The translations under genes were made by a program, and so were the position numbers. Shown here in pieces: positions 43,624-54,616 of a stretch of 64,000 bases of DNA (the stretch's first letter is position 1; every line of letters begins with the position of its first letter). Location: IMG/VR virus record IMGVR_UViG_3300028833_005986, positions 1 through 64,000 of that record, one strand, 5' to 3'. A model generated the notes under the pieces. That model worked only from the letters and a program-made list of their open reading frames with translations, did no database searches and was not told the origin of the DNA. The DNA is from a virus (Duplodnaviria; Caudoviricetes).

Positions 43624-43974
43624 TTATAATTGTTGTAATAGCAAATAACTATTATATTTAACATTAGGAAATTTTTGACATAATTTTTGTAAAATTTCAC
43701 AAGCCATATATTTATAATATATATCAATAAATATTAATTCATTAGGAGTTAACATATCTTTATTCAATAAATAAAAATATGTTACATTATTAACAAACAT
43801 ATCTTTACAATCAATATATGAAGTTATATCTGCAACTTCAAACTCATAAGTAGATACAATTAATTGATCATTAATATAAATAGCATCTGCTGATAAATAT
43901 TCATTATTAATTTTTACTATTGATATATTAAAATATTGTTTAAACTCCTGATATAAATCCTTCATAATTGTCAT
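43624..43974 (-). CDS. Hypothetical protein (shared C-terminal motif family)
   Basis: LTPNELIFI ... NSYLLLQQL*. Confidence 0.65.
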   Translation of the reverse strand: MTIMKDLYQEFKQYFNISIVKINNEYLSADAIYINDQLIVSTYEFEVADITSYIDCKDMFVNNVTYFYLLNKDMLTPNELIFIDIYYKYMACEILQKLCQKFPNVKYNSYLLLQQL

Positions 43975-43998
43975 ATATATGCTCCTATTAAATAAAAA

Positions 43999-44385
43999 TT
44001 ATAATTGTTTTAATAATAATTTACCACATATATTATGATAAAAATCGGAAATAAAATTATTATACTGCTGAAAAGACATTATATCAGATACAAATTTAAA
44101 TGTAGACTGTATAAACGATTTTAATGATACTTTTGATATAGTCTGATTATAATAATTAAATATTAGACTGACTTGATTTATGTCTTTTATATATAATAAG
44201 CATATAGATTTAAATTGATTAATAACTAATTTATATTGATATATATTATTAGTTAATTCACATACTTGATATTTATCCATTTCTAACAAATTTATTAATA
44301 TATTCTCGATCTTTAGCAAATACCGGAATATCATAGTCAATAACCCAACGATAGCGTTGAATATCTTCATTTTTATATTCATCAT
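43999..44385 (-). CDS. Hypothetical protein; likely true start near 44280 (MDKYQ)
   Basis: The annotated start overlaps the Thg1-like gene by >100 nt; ends GKLLLKQL*. Confidence 0.55.
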   Translation of the reverse strand: MMNIKMKIFNAIVGLLTMIFRYLLKIENILINLLEMDKYQVCELTNNIYQYKLVINQFKSICLLYIKDINQVSLIFNYYNQTISKVSLKSFIQSTFKFVSDIMSFQQYNNFISDFYHNICGKLLLKQL

Positions 44386-45070
44386 GTACTATATATCCTT
44401 CTTTTTTAGTACACACTCCACGTTTAAAAAATGTAGGATATTCATTCCAATTAATTCCTATATTTTTTAATTTTTCTTGAATATTAGTATTACTTAAATT
44501 TCTTATTTTTTCAGAGCTAAAATAATAATTACCTGCTAATTGAACTGAATTTTTAGCACATTCAGTTTGTCTATAAAGAAAATAATTAATAACTTCACTT
44601 TCAGGAATATTAAATACTACAGATTCGAATGACATTCGATTAATATTAGATGAATATTGATTTGTTGCTTCTGCATCTAATTCTGCATGATTTAAAATCG
44701 CATGAGTATATGCGGCATTAAATGCTATAGTAGCAATTGAAGAGGATATTGACGCAATTTTTTGTACATTACCATTTTGCCATTGACCTAAAGTAATTTT
44801 TTTATAATCAGTTAATAATAAATTAATTTCATCTGCTTGAATATATGCGAATTCTACATTAGTTAATTGTTCACATAAAGTCAAAGCAGTATTATGCATA
44901 CTTTCCATAAAAAGTGGATCAAACGGTTTTTTCATAAAAGACATAAAATTATGAGCATTTAACATATCAATACGAATAATAACAGGAGTACGCTTAGTAA
45001 GAAAAAAACGATATGGAAATTCATAATTTTGACGCATTCTTTCGCCTAATAAATCTTTATTATTTTGCAT
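44273..45070 (-). CDS. tRNA(His) guanylyltransferase Thg1-like protein
   Basis: PVIIRID, KKPFD, YIQADEI, QKIAS, YFLYRQ..C.KNS, GINWN.YP..FKRG. Confidence 0.88.
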   Translation of the reverse strand: MQNNKDLLGERMRQNYEFPYRFFLTKRTPVIIRIDMLNAHNFMSFMKKPFDPLFMESMHNTALTLCEQLTNVEFAYIQADEINLLLTDYKKITLGQWQNGNVQKIASISSSIATIAFNAAYTHAILNHAELDAEATNQYSSNINRMSFESVVFNIPESEVINYFLYRQTECAKNSVQLAGNYYFSSEKIRNLSNTNIQEKLKNIGINWNEYPTFFKRGVCTKKEGYIVHDEYKNEDIQRYRWVIDYDIPVFAKDREYINKFVRNG

Positions 45071-45098
45071 AATTAATAAATTTACTCCTTAAAAATCA

Positions 45099-45524
45099 TT
45101 ATTTTTGCCAATATAAGGCTGATAAATAAATACAATGACTTAATGCAATACTAGCTTTAGTAGGATAATCATTTAATTTGTATAATAATAAATAACTTTC
45201 TATTTCATTTTTATAATCATTATTTAATAACGCACATAAAATTTTATTTAAAATAGAAATACCACAATATTTATAATTTTTATAAATAAAATCTTGTTCT
45301 TCAATTGTTAAAGCTTTACAATTGTTACATAAATATAATACAATTTTATTAATAGTCATAATATATAATGGTTTAAACGTCCAATTACAAGTACATATTT
45401 TTTTTTCATTATATATTAATTTAAAATTATAATATAAGCCTTTTTCCCAATTAACAGATATATAACGAAAATTAGGTAATTGCTTAGATATACTTTTATA
45501 CATTTTTTGAAAATGCTTATTCAT
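45099..45524 (-). CDS. Hypothetical protein (shared motif family)
   Basis: LTIEEQDFI ... ESYLLLYKL. Confidence 0.65.
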   Translation of the reverse strand: MNKHFQKMYKSISKQLPNFRYISVNWEKGLYYNFKLIYNEKKICTCNWTFKPLYIMTINKIVLYLCNNCKALTIEEQDFIYKNYKYCGISILNKILCALLNNDYKNEIESYLLLYKLNDYPTKASIALSHCIYLSALYWQK

Positions 45525-45534
45525 AATTTTTTCC

Positions 45535-45999
45535 TTATAATGTATATAACAAAATTAAACTATTAATATGAAATTGATATTTTTCAATAAAATATTTTTT
45601 AAAATCTTTTAAAAATTGAATTTTATCATCATTATTATTGATTTTATTTAAAAATAAATCTATATGTTCTAAAATAAATAACTGTTCAAATTCATCAGAA
45701 GTATTATTTACTACATAAAACAAAAATCTTTCAGCTAATTCTTTAATAATATAATCTTCACTAATATTAATTACGTATTTTTTATTATATGGAAAAAACC
45801 ATGAAAGAAATCCTTTTTGTCTATAAAAAACTTCAAATAATATTCCAATTTGAGGCTTTTTATTTTGTAAAGTATATTCATTAATAATAAATATTATCTT
45901 ATCATTATTAACATATTTTAAAATAATCATTTGTGCTTCATGTATTATATCTAATATATCATTTTTAACTAAACATTGAGATAATTTTTTCTTTCTCAT
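45535..45999 (-). CDS. Hypothetical protein (shared motif family)
   Basis: EFEQLFI ... NSLILLYTL*. Confidence 0.65.
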   Translation of the reverse strand: MRKKKLSQCLVKNDILDIIHEAQMIILKYVNNDKIIFIINEYTLQNKKPQIGILFEVFYRQKGFLSWFFPYNKKYVINISEDYIIKELAERFLFYVVNNTSDEFEQLFILEHIDLFLNKINNNDDKIQFLKDFKKYFIEKYQFHINSLILLYTL

Positions 46000-46436
46000 T
46001 ATATTAATTTATGAATTGCTTGCTGAATTTTTTGCGGTAAAAAATAATAATATTTTAATATTGTATCTGTATAAACATTTTTAGAATAATTATATATAAA
46101 TTGTAAAATATAGTTTTCTTCATTTTCTGTTAATATATCATTTTTTGCCTGTTCGCAAACAATATAGCATAATATTTTATGTATATCATTAAGATAAATA
46201 TGTATATCTATTAGATCATCTATATTATTAATAGAATATTTTAATAATATATTTTGTCTATATAAACATAATACTTTATATTCATTATTAAAATATAATG
46301 TATAATTAAAAAATCGTTTATCTGGAATAATTTTTAATAAAATTTCTTTTTCTTGCTGACAAAATTTTTGAATTGCTTCTTTATCCAATTGTATATTTTT
46401 TTCTATTTTTTTTATTTTAAGCACAATTTTTATCAC
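45999..46436 (-). CDS. Hypothetical protein (shared motif family)
   Basis: LTENEENYI; coupled stop/start with the next gene. Confidence 0.6.
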   Translation of the reverse strand: MIKIVLKIKKIEKNIQLDKEAIQKFCQQEKEILLKIIPDKRFFNYTLYFNNEYKVLCLYRQNILLKYSINNIDDLIDIHIYLNDIHKILCYIVCEQAKNDILTENEENYILQFIYNYSKNVYTDTILKYYYFLPQKIQQAIHKLI

Positions 46437-46890
46437 CTAGTCTTTCAATTGATTTAATCCAATTAGTATTAAACCACACAGTAGATTCACAATCCCAACC
46501 ATAAAGTTGCGGAAGTGTATAATCAATACAATGAATTCCATCGAATAATTTAGAAACTTTATTAAAATTAATCATATATTTGCCAAGAAATGAATCAAAT
46601 TGTTTCGGTAAAGAATTTAAATCCTCTTCATTATTAATTTCAAAAACTTTTAAATTATTTTTAGGTATAATTTTATATTTAATTTTATGATTTTTAATAT
46701 TAAATTCATTAATTTGGCACCACAAATCCCACTGACTACTATTTGTATCAATTAATGTTGATGTCCATAAAGCTTTATATGGTTTATTTAAGCTATTAAC
46801 AAAATTAAATTTTACCTTAGAAATACAAAAATCAGATGAATGAATTAATAATTGAGTATTAATTTTATTAGTAATCATTTTGTACCTCAA
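46417..46890 (-). CDS. Hypothetical phage protein
   Basis: Trp-rich motifs LWTST, FDGIH, YGWDCES. Confidence 0.65.
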   Translation of the reverse strand: MRYKMITNKINTQLLIHSSDFCISKVKFNFVNSLNKPYKALWTSTLIDTNSSQWDLWCQINEFNIKNHKIKYKIIPKNNLKVFEINNEEDLNSLPKQFDSFLGKYMINFNKVSKLFDGIHCIDYTLPQLYGWDCESTVWFNTNWIKSIERLGDKNCA

Positions 46891-46950
46891 TTTCTAAAAT
46901 ACTCTTTATTAAAAATATTTTAATATATTAAAAATTAAATAAAAAATAAA

Positions 46951-47274
46951 TTAGATTTTATTTAATAATAGATACGCTTTTAATTTATCTTGATATACTT
47001 CAGAAAATTGAGATAAATTACGTTCTAAATGAATATAATCAATTCGATGTTTATATTTATAAATGAATTGCTGCTCTATATTTGTAAATTTAAAACTGAA
47101 AAATAAATATAATAATAATTCATTAATTGCATACTTTAATGAATTATTATTTTCAACAGCTATATTAAAATCAAATACAACATTAGATTTATTGTAGCAG
47201 AAATATTCTTCCTTTAATTCTAATAAAGGAAGATCTCGATGTAAAATATTAAAAATATGATTAATTTTAATCAC
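46951..47274 (-). CDS. Hypothetical protein (shared motif family)
   Basis: AAGGAGG RBS; FTNIEQQFI ... KAYLLLNKI*. Confidence 0.68.
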   Translation of the reverse strand: MIKINHIFNILHRDLPLLELKEEYFCYNKSNVVFDFNIAVENNNSLKYAINELLLYLFFSFKFTNIEQQFIYKYKHRIDYIHLERNLSQFSEVYQDKLKAYLLLNKI

Positions 47275-47332
47275 TAAAATTCCTCCTTAAAAAAATTAAA
47301 AAAACATTAATTAATAATGTTTTTTTTTATTG

Positions 47333-48934
47333 CTATACAAGAGTACTTCGTATAAATGCATCAAATAATGGCTCAGAATTAATAGGAGTACTTAATAATT
47401 CAGGGTGTCCTTGAATTCCTATATAAAATTTATTTTTATCATATTCTATAATTTCTACTAATTCATTGTCATTATCATTTTTATTATATGATGATGTTCC
47501 GACAATTTTCATTCCATAATTAGTAAATAATTCTCGATATTGATTATTAAATTCATATCTATGCCGATGACGAATATTAATAACATCTTTTTTATAAATA
47601 TTATATATTTGTGAATTTTTTTCTAATTTACAAATATAATCACCGAGCCTTAAAGTTTGGCACATTTCGGTTAAATTACGCTGTTGTTCCATTAAATGAA
47701 CTATTAAATTATTACTACTTTGTTTAGTCTCACTAATAATTTCTTCTGAGTTAGCATCCGATAAATTTAATACATTTCTAGCAAATTCAACGAACATTGC
47801 TTGTGCACCAAAACATATACCTAAACACGGAATATTATTTTCTCGTGCATATTTAGCTGCTAAAATTTTTCCCTCAAAGCCTCTGCTACCAAATCCGCCA
47901 GGAATTAATATCCCATCTGATTCTGATAATTCATTAATATTAACTGCTTCAGCATTAATCCATTTAATATTAATATTAACATTATTTTTCCATCCAGCAA
48001 ATCTTAAAGCTTCAGTAATAGATATATATGAATCTTTTAATTTTAAATATTTGCCAACAATTCCAATTGTAACAGTATTATCGCATTGATTAAATATAAT
48101 ATTATTCCATGGATCATCTTGATAATTAAATTTTAACTTTAATTTATATTCTAATGCAGGAATAATATTTTCTTTAATTAACATAGACGGAACATAGTAT
48201 ATAGAATTTGCATTTAAATTTTTAATAATAAATTTAGATTTTATATTAGTAAATAAAGATAATTTATTCTTTATAGCATCATCAAAATCTTGATCCGCTC
48301 GGCAAATTAAAATATCTGGATTTATACCCAATGATTTACAAGATTCAACGCCTTGTTGAGCAATTTTAGTTTTTATTTCTTGCGTAGTTTGCAAAAAAGG
48401 TAAATATACTAATAAACAAATTAAACAATTATTAACTGATAATTCATATTGTAATTGTCTAATTGATTCAATATATGGCAAAGCTTCTATATCTTTTATA
48501 TTTCCACCAATTTCATGAATAACAATATCATATTGATTATTAAATAATTTAATATATCTTTTTATCTCATTAGTAATATGTGGAATCATTTGAATAGTTT
48601 CTCCGAGATATTTACCTTGTTTTTCATTAGTTAATATATTATCATATATTACTCCAGAAGTAATAGAATTATTTTTTTCTAATAAATATGGATCATTTAA
48701 AAAATTAGCATAATTTAATAGATCCATATCACCTGTCCAGCCATCTTTTAATGGAATACTTTCTCCATGAGATTCAGGATTAATATTGCTCGCGGAAATA
48801 TTATAGTACGGGTCAAATTTTTGAATTGTAACTGTATAACCGCAAGATTTTATAATATGTGCTAAACTAGCAGAAATAATACCTTTACCTAATCCGCTTA
48901 AAGACGCGGATAAAACAAATATATGTTTAGTCAA
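47333..48934 (-). CDS. pyrG: CTP synthase
   Basis: SGLGKG, KFDPY, GKYLG.T.Q.IPH, PGGFG.RG.EGK, GICFG.Q, RHRHRYE, HPE. Confidence 0.95.
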   Translation of the reverse strand: MTKHIFVLSASLSGLGKGIISASLAHIIKSCGYTVTIQKFDPYYNISASNINPESHGESIPLKDGWTGDMDLLNYANFLNDPYLLEKNNSITSGVIYDNILTNEKQGKYLGETIQMIPHITNEIKRYIKLFNNQYDIVIHEIGGNIKDIEALPYIESIRQLQYELSVNNCLICLLVYLPFLQTTQEIKTKIAQQGVESCKSLGINPDILICRADQDFDDAIKNKLSLFTNIKSKFIIKNLNANSIYYVPSMLIKENIIPALEYKLKLKFNYQDDPWNNIIFNQCDNTVTIGIVGKYLKLKDSYISITEALRFAGWKNNVNINIKWINAEAVNINELSESDGILIPGGFGSRGFEGKILAAKYARENNIPCLGICFGAQAMFVEFARNVLNLSDANSEEIISETKQSSNNLIVHLMEQQRNLTEMCQTLRLGDYICKLEKNSQIYNIYKKDVINIRHRHRYEFNNQYRELFTNYGMKIVGTSSYNKNDNDNELVEIIEYDKNKFYIGIQGHPELLSTPINSEPLFDAFIRSTLV

Positions 48935-49076
48935 TTTTATTACCGACCTTGATATAAAAATTCTGTATAATTATACTTTTTATTTATCAATTATTTAATA
49001 AATTAATATCAAATAAGTAAAATTCAATAATAAGTTTAATCATTCTGTTGAGTAAAAATCTATATAAAAAATACTT

Positions 49077-49775
49077 TTATAGTTTTAATAAAAGTTGTAA
49101 AGCTTTCCACTGTTCATTATTAAATGAAATCCGTACTGAAGAACTATTTAAATATTCTGCAATATAACCACGATTATATAAACTGCTATGTAATTTTTTA
49201 TACATAGATTGTATAAAAGTTGTAATCATTTCCGCCGTAAAATATTCTTGAAATAAAAGAAAAAATACAAACATTTTATTATATCCACGCTTACATTTTT
49301 TATATAATTGATCTCCCCAACGATTAAATATATCTTCTAAATGCGGTTCAAGTAAAAATAAATGCTCTGATTTAATTAATTTATTTGCATCTTTCTTTTT
49401 ATAATATAAAGCTGGATATACCAAATACCAATAATTTGATTTAAACAAACAAATATATAAATATTCTATATTATTAGATAATTTATTAATCATAAGCGGA
49501 AAATATTTTTGATATAATTCATTCTGTCGTGCATCTTGCGAAGATAAAGAAGAACAATATAAAAATGCGATTTCGTCATTTGCATTTATTAAATATTGTT
49601 CTATTTGTTCTTCAGATAATCCTTGTTCTTGAGCAATCACAAAAAATCTATCAAAATGACCATATAAACTAATACTTTGTCTATATTTATTACGTAATTT
49701 TTGCTTAGATAAATATACATTCATTAATGTAGAATTAAAATCTAATATATCTTTCATATAAAAATCACCTTTCAT
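49077..49775 (-). CDS. Hypothetical protein
   Basis: ORF; start probably at the second Met (AAAGGTGA RBS); ends LQLLLKL*. Confidence 0.68.
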   Translation of the reverse strand: MKGDFYMKDILDFNSTLMNVYLSKQKLRNKYRQSISLYGHFDRFFVIAQEQGLSEEQIEQYLINANDEIAFLYCSSLSSQDARQNELYQKYFPLMINKLSNNIEYLYICLFKSNYWYLVYPALYYKKKDANKLIKSEHLFLLEPHLEDIFNRWGDQLYKKCKRGYNKMFVFFLLFQEYFTAEMITTFIQSMYKKLHSSLYNRGYIAEYLNSSSVRISFNNEQWKALQLLLKL

Positions 49776-49868
49776 TATTTTTTTTATAATAACGAAAGGC
49801 TAATATATTTTTTTATAATATAGATTTTATTTATCTATCAATAAAAATTTTTACAATAAAAGAATTAA

Positions 49869-50585
49869 TTAAAGATCACGTAATAAATATTTACTATTAA
49901 ATTCATGTTTATATTCATTAGGACATGTAGAATCATTAATATATTGTTTTATTAATTGTATACGATCTAAATTTATATCATTTTTAATTAATTTATCATA
50001 ATAACGAATCATTTTATCAATTAAAAGTTGATATTGATCGCTAGTAAAAAAAGGTTCAAAATATATAAAATATATAAATGTATCTATGCTTCGTTGTTGT
50101 GCTCTCGTCCAATAATCTTGTCCATATTGATTATAAATTTTTATTAAAAATGAATATAATAAATCAAAAAAACGTTCTCTTAATAAAAATTTTTTAAGTG
50201 ATTCATTATGATATATAATAGTTAAATTATTCATAAATAATATATTATAATTAGTAAATAATAAATCATATAAAGTACGTTCAAAATATAATAATTGCTT
50301 TAAACAATATATAAAATATTCACGATATGTATTATATGTACTAGATATAATTTTCTGATTATTCATCATATTATATGGTACTTTTTTTAACTTTACTTCT
50401 GTATTAATAACTAATTCATTTTCGGTAAAATCTTTATTAAAAAAATTGCAAAAATATAAACAATATAAATAATAATCTTGTTTAGAAAACTTTTTAATTA
50501 TTACAGGATTTATTTTTAATAAAAAACATAATTCATTAAAAATACTGTCATAATTAATAGTACTAATTGCTGGAAATACTGCCAC
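49869..50585 (-). CDS. Hypothetical protein
   Basis: GGAGG RBS; ends NSKYLLRDL*. Confidence 0.68.
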   Translation of the reverse strand: MAVFPAISTINYDSIFNELCFLLKINPVIIKKFSKQDYYLYCLYFCNFFNKDFTENELVINTEVKLKKVPYNMMNNQKIISSTYNTYREYFIYCLKQLLYFERTLYDLLFTNYNILFMNNLTIIYHNESLKKFLLRERFFDLLYSFLIKIYNQYGQDYWTRAQQRSIDTFIYFIYFEPFFTSDQYQLLIDKMIRYYDKLIKNDINLDRIQLIKQYINDSTCPNEYKHEFNSKYLLRDL

Positions 50586-51183
50586 TTAATTTTCGCCTCC
50601 TCTCCTTTAATTTTTTTTGTATTGTATTATACAATATATCCGCTTCATAATTATTGCAATTAGGCATTATATAATCTATAAATCTATAATAATGATCAAT
50701 TAAATTTTTTTCATATTCATAATATGACGGTAATTTATATTTTATATATTCTAAATGCTTTCGGCATATTATAGAAATTAATAAATTAATTTCAGAAAAT
50801 GATAATAAATTAATAGATCTATTATATATTCTTTTTAATTCATTTTGTAATAAAGAAATATTAATATTATCTGGATTAATTCCAAATTCATTTTCTAATC
50901 TAATAATCGCTTCTTCGCGCGATACATGATTTAATAATTCATAAAATTTTATTATATCGCCGCCAGCATTACAGCCAAAGCAATAAAACGAATCATGATC
51001 TTGCGGACCTAATTGAGTCATAAAGCCTTTAGGATAAATAGTAAATGATGGAGTTTTTTCATTATGAAACGGACAACAAGCTTTATAACTAGTTCCAACT
51101 TGTTTAATATTAGTTACATATTTTGATATATAATCTACTCCATCAATATAATTATATAATTTTTGAATTCTTAACTTATTCAT
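50563..51183 (-). CDS. Stand-alone primase-type CHC2 zinc-finger protein
   Basis: CPFHNEKTPSF, FYCFGC..GGD; no TOPRIM domain. Confidence 0.85.
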   Translation of the reverse strand: MNKLRIQKLYNYIDGVDYISKYVTNIKQVGTSYKACCPFHNEKTPSFTIYPKGFMTQLGPQDHDSFYCFGCNAGGDIIKFYELLNHVSREEAIIRLENEFGINPDNINISLLQNELKRIYNRSINLLSFSEINLLISIICRKHLEYIKYKLPSYYEYEKNLIDHYYRFIDYIMPNCNNYEADILYNTIQKKLKERRRKLSGSISSN

Positions 51184-51215
51184 TTAATCGCTTTCATATA
51201 AAAAAAATAATGAAA

Positions 51216-52619
51216 CTAAATTAATACTTTTCCCCAAGTAGTTTCATTATTAATATTTTCAGCTACTGGAATCATTTGCATCATTGCATAATTCTTTTTA
51301 AAAGGAATTGAAAATGGTGCAGCATCCCTTGTTTTAAAACTTTCTAATATAGCATAATCTGATTCGGGATTTACAATTTTTATAGAAATACCCCAATCAA
51401 TATGATCGCCTACTTGATCAGATTCAGCTATATAAGCAGATTCTGCATGTCCTCCCTTCTGTTGCATATCATTTTTTCCTTGCCTACTCATTTGGGCAGC
51501 TGAATATACTACACAATTTCGCTTTCTAGCAATACGTTTTAAACTTAACGCAATATTACCTTGTTGATGACGTTTTTCTGGTACATCTATATCAGGCATC
51601 ATTAATCCTGCATAATCAATTACTACAATGTCAAATTGTATATTTCGTTTTGTCTGTTCTAACGCTAAAGTCGAATCTATAAATGCAGGTTTACATTGAT
51701 TAGGTACGTCTATAATTACAAATGCTCCCATTTGATTTCCATCAATAGTTTTATTATGTTTTAAATTATCGATATATTGTTCAAAACGTTTATAATCTGC
51801 AGTATTTAAAGTAGCGCGTTTTAAATTATTAGATGAAATAGAACAAGCACAGGCAGCTAAACGTCTTTCATAATCTTCTTTAGAAATTTCTAATGAAAAT
51901 AATAATACATTATAACCTACTTTACAAGCATTATAAGCAAGATTTAATAATAATATAGATTTACCAGTACCTTTACGCCCAATAACATAAACTAATTCAG
52001 TACGTCTAAACCCGCCTTCTACTTGATCAATAGCTTCGAATCCTGATGGTATATATTCAATACTATCAGGATGATCACGAAGATAATTATATCTTTCTAA
52101 TTGTTCTTTAGCTGATTCTTGAAGTGATCCGCTTTTTAAAATAATGTTATTATCAATAGATAAATCTGTCAACTTCGTTAATAATTCAGTGTTTAATGTA
52201 TCTACTTCAGCTTCACTTAAAGTAGTATTAGATTTTTCAGTAATTTCTTGCGCGATATGTGTTAATTCTTCTCGTTTATATTGATATTTTAATATTTGTA
52301 TAGTTTGTTTAAAACTAGCTTCATCAGGCTCTATTTCAATTAAATCATCATTATACAATGAATTATATATAACCATATCGTCATCTGAAATATATTGACT
52401 ATATATTTCACTATAAAATATATTTGATAAAGTAGTGGGAATTAATACATCATTATTATGATGATAATAAAATTTTAATAATTTAAATATTCTTTGATAT
52501 TTTTTTGAAAAATATTTAGAATGTAATTCATTATCACTTAATTCTAAGTATTTTTTGTCAGTTAATAAATATTTTAATATTTTTTGTTCATTTTGTAATT
52601 TTAGTTCAGCTAAAGTCAT
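51216..52619 (-). CDS. dnaB: Replicative DnaB-like helicase
   Basis: IPSGF..ID..GG, GRKGTGKS, FSLE, VIDY..LM, Q.SR. Confidence 0.9.
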   Translation of the reverse strand: MTLAELKLQNEQKILKYLLTDKKYLELSDNELHSKYFSKKYQRIFKLLKFYYHHNNDVLIPTTLSNIFYSEIYSQYISDDDMVIYNSLYNDDLIEIEPDEASFKQTIQILKYQYKREELTHIAQEITEKSNTTLSEAEVDTLNTELLTKLTDLSIDNNIILKSGSLQESAKEQLERYNYLRDHPDSIEYIPSGFEAIDQVEGGFRRTELVYVIGRKGTGKSILLLNLAYNACKVGYNVLLFSLEISKEDYERRLAACACSISSNNLKRATLNTADYKRFEQYIDNLKHNKTIDGNQMGAFVIIDVPNQCKPAFIDSTLALEQTKRNIQFDIVVIDYAGLMMPDIDVPEKRHQQGNIALSLKRIARKRNCVVYSAAQMSRQGKNDMQQKGGHAESAYIAESDQVGDHIDWGISIKIVNPESDYAILESFKTRDAAPFSIPFKKNYAMMQMIPVAENINNETTWGKVLI

Positions 52620-52637
52620 TCAAATCACCTAAAATAT

Positions 52638-53249
52638 TTACACTGAAGAACAAATTAATTTACAATTACGTTGTATAATATCATTTATTGACTTAGTATA
52701 AATATTACTAATTTCATTTATATCTATATTAGTAGTAATCCAAGTTAATTTTCCTGACATTTCACGATTACGTAAAATATTATCTAATAAAGACACAGAT
52801 GATCTAGCTTGTGTATATAAACCAGTTTCACTACCAATATTATCTAACACTAATATTTCTGGTAATTTAATTATTGTTTCTAATATAGTAAATGATTTAT
52901 CACTTAATGATAAACGTACTAAATCATCATATAAAATAAATCGTATACAATATAAATTTAATAATAAAGGATTTTTAGCTCGATATATATTTTTAGCTAA
53001 TGTATGCACAGCAATAGTTTTACCTGTATTTGCTTTACCAAAAATAAATAATCCTTTACCTTGCCGTTCATATTCAAGAAAATTATTAAAATATTCTTGA
53101 ATAAATTTTTGTAAATGTGAATTATTCATTTGCTTATTTAAATAAGCTCTACCAAATCCATTTAATTCACATTCAACTAATGCATTTATTAATGTTTCAT
53201 CTTTATATAAATTAGACCAATATATATATTTTTCATCATTTTTAGTCAT
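52638..53249 (-). CDS. DnaC/IstB-like helicase loader ATPase
   Basis: GLFIFGKANTGKT, LVLDNIG.E, TWITTN; adjacent to dnaB. Confidence 0.8.
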   Translation of the reverse strand: MTKNDEKYIYWSNLYKDETLINALVECELNGFGRAYLNKQMNNSHLQKFIQEYFNNFLEYERQGKGLFIFGKANTGKTIAVHTLAKNIYRAKNPLLLNLYCIRFILYDDLVRLSLSDKSFTILETIIKLPEILVLDNIGSETGLYTQARSSVSLLDNILRNREMSGKLTWITTNIDINEISNIYTKSINDIIQRNCKLICSSV

Positions 53250-53287
53250 GTTTATATTTTCCTTTTAAAAATAATTTAAATAAAAAC

Positions 53288-54487
53288 CTATACTTCAAAT
53301 TTTTGTTTATAATTTTTTAACCAAGATTTAAAATTTTGAATATCTATATCATTAGTAAAATGATATAATTTACCATTAATATTAGATTTAGCTAATAAAT
53401 ATAAATCTTTTGTTAGTGGTACTTTTATATTATATAGCCATTCAATTGCTGAATATTGTTGATTGAATTGATTATCTTTTAAAGCTTGTATAATTGATGA
53501 AATAAATATATCTTGTATTCCATATATATTTATGAGATCAATATATGTCATTTCTCCGCGCTTTAATTGATCAATTGCAGAAGATAAATAATTTTTTTCT
53601 GCTGTCGCTTGTTTAATTTCTTTTGCTTGATATGACGATAGAATTGTAATAATTTTACTTTGAATATATGTTAATGGTATAACTTTTTTATTAATTGCAT
53701 ATTGTAATATAAATTGTATTTGTTCTTCATTTAATTTATAAGCTGATTTAATTTTTTGTACGAATTGATAATCTTTAATTGTTTGATATATAGGTATATG
53801 TAAATTTAAACTATCATAATATTGTGTTATAAAATATGGAATAGTATTTTTTTCTTGTAAAAATGGTTTTATTTCTTCTAAATATATTTTTGCATCATGT
53901 GCTTTAAAATTACTCACACCTTTTATATTACATTTTCCCTCTTCTACTTGCATTAACAATGCAGTTTTAACGCATTCATAAGAATAATTATGTAATATAT
54001 TTTTTATAATCACTACTTCTATTCTATAATTATTACATTCTTTATTAATACTATTATAAAATTCTTGTAATAACTGTTTTGCTTGATGATTAATATTTAA
54101 TTGTATTTTATGTAATTTAGCTTTTCCTTTTTTATATATATTATATTCTAATTTAATACAATCATTAATAAATTGACAATTATAGCATTTATATTTATCA
54201 CAGCCTAAACACTGTAATTCTTGAATAGTATCAATATCATTATATGTTTTTTCTAATAAATCAATTTTTTCTCTATATTTATTATGTAATTCATCTTTTT
54301 TCAATCGTAAATGCGCTTTTGCTTTCGCTTTTGTTTCAAATACTTGATTACATATATGACATTTGTATACTATTGTAGGCTTTATTTTATGACTATCCAT
54401 TACATCATCAATATGTTTAATCACATTAATCACCAATCCTATTAATCTGTTATATATTGAAAATAAATTCTTCTCACTTTTATACAT
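53288..54487 (-). CDS. C2H2 zinc-finger protein, possible replication initiator
   Basis: YKCHICNQVF...HLR; additional Cys cluster; upstream of loader and helicase. Confidence 0.55.
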   Translation of the reverse strand: MYKSEKNLFSIYNRLIGLVINVIKHIDDVMDSHKIKPTIVYKCHICNQVFETKAKAKAHLRLKKDELHNKYREKIDLLEKTYNDIDTIQELQCLGCDKYKCYNCQFINDCIKLEYNIYKKGKAKLHKIQLNINHQAKQLLQEFYNSINKECNNYRIEVVIIKNILHNYSYECVKTALLMQVEEGKCNIKGVSNFKAHDAKIYLEEIKPFLQEKNTIPYFITQYYDSLNLHIPIYQTIKDYQFVQKIKSAYKLNEEQIQFILQYAINKKVIPLTYIQSKIITILSSYQAKEIKQATAEKNYLSSAIDQLKRGEMTYIDLINIYGIQDIFISSIIQALKDNQFNQQYSAIEWLYNIKVPLTKDLYLLAKSNINGKLYHFTNDIDIQNFKSWLKNYKQKFEV

Positions 54488-54569
54488 ATTATTACTGAAT
54501 AAATAAATTCATTTATTTATTTATAGCAAAAGGATTTTATAAAAATTTTAAAATTAGATTTAAAAATAG

Positions 54570-54596
54570 ATAAAAAAAAGACATTAATGTCTTTTA
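54570..54596 (-). terminator. Probable intrinsic terminator
   Basis: AAAAGACAU-UA-AUGUCUUUUUUUU after the helicase stop. Confidence 0.5.
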
Positions 54597-54616
54597 CTAA
54601 AGATAAGCAAAAAATA

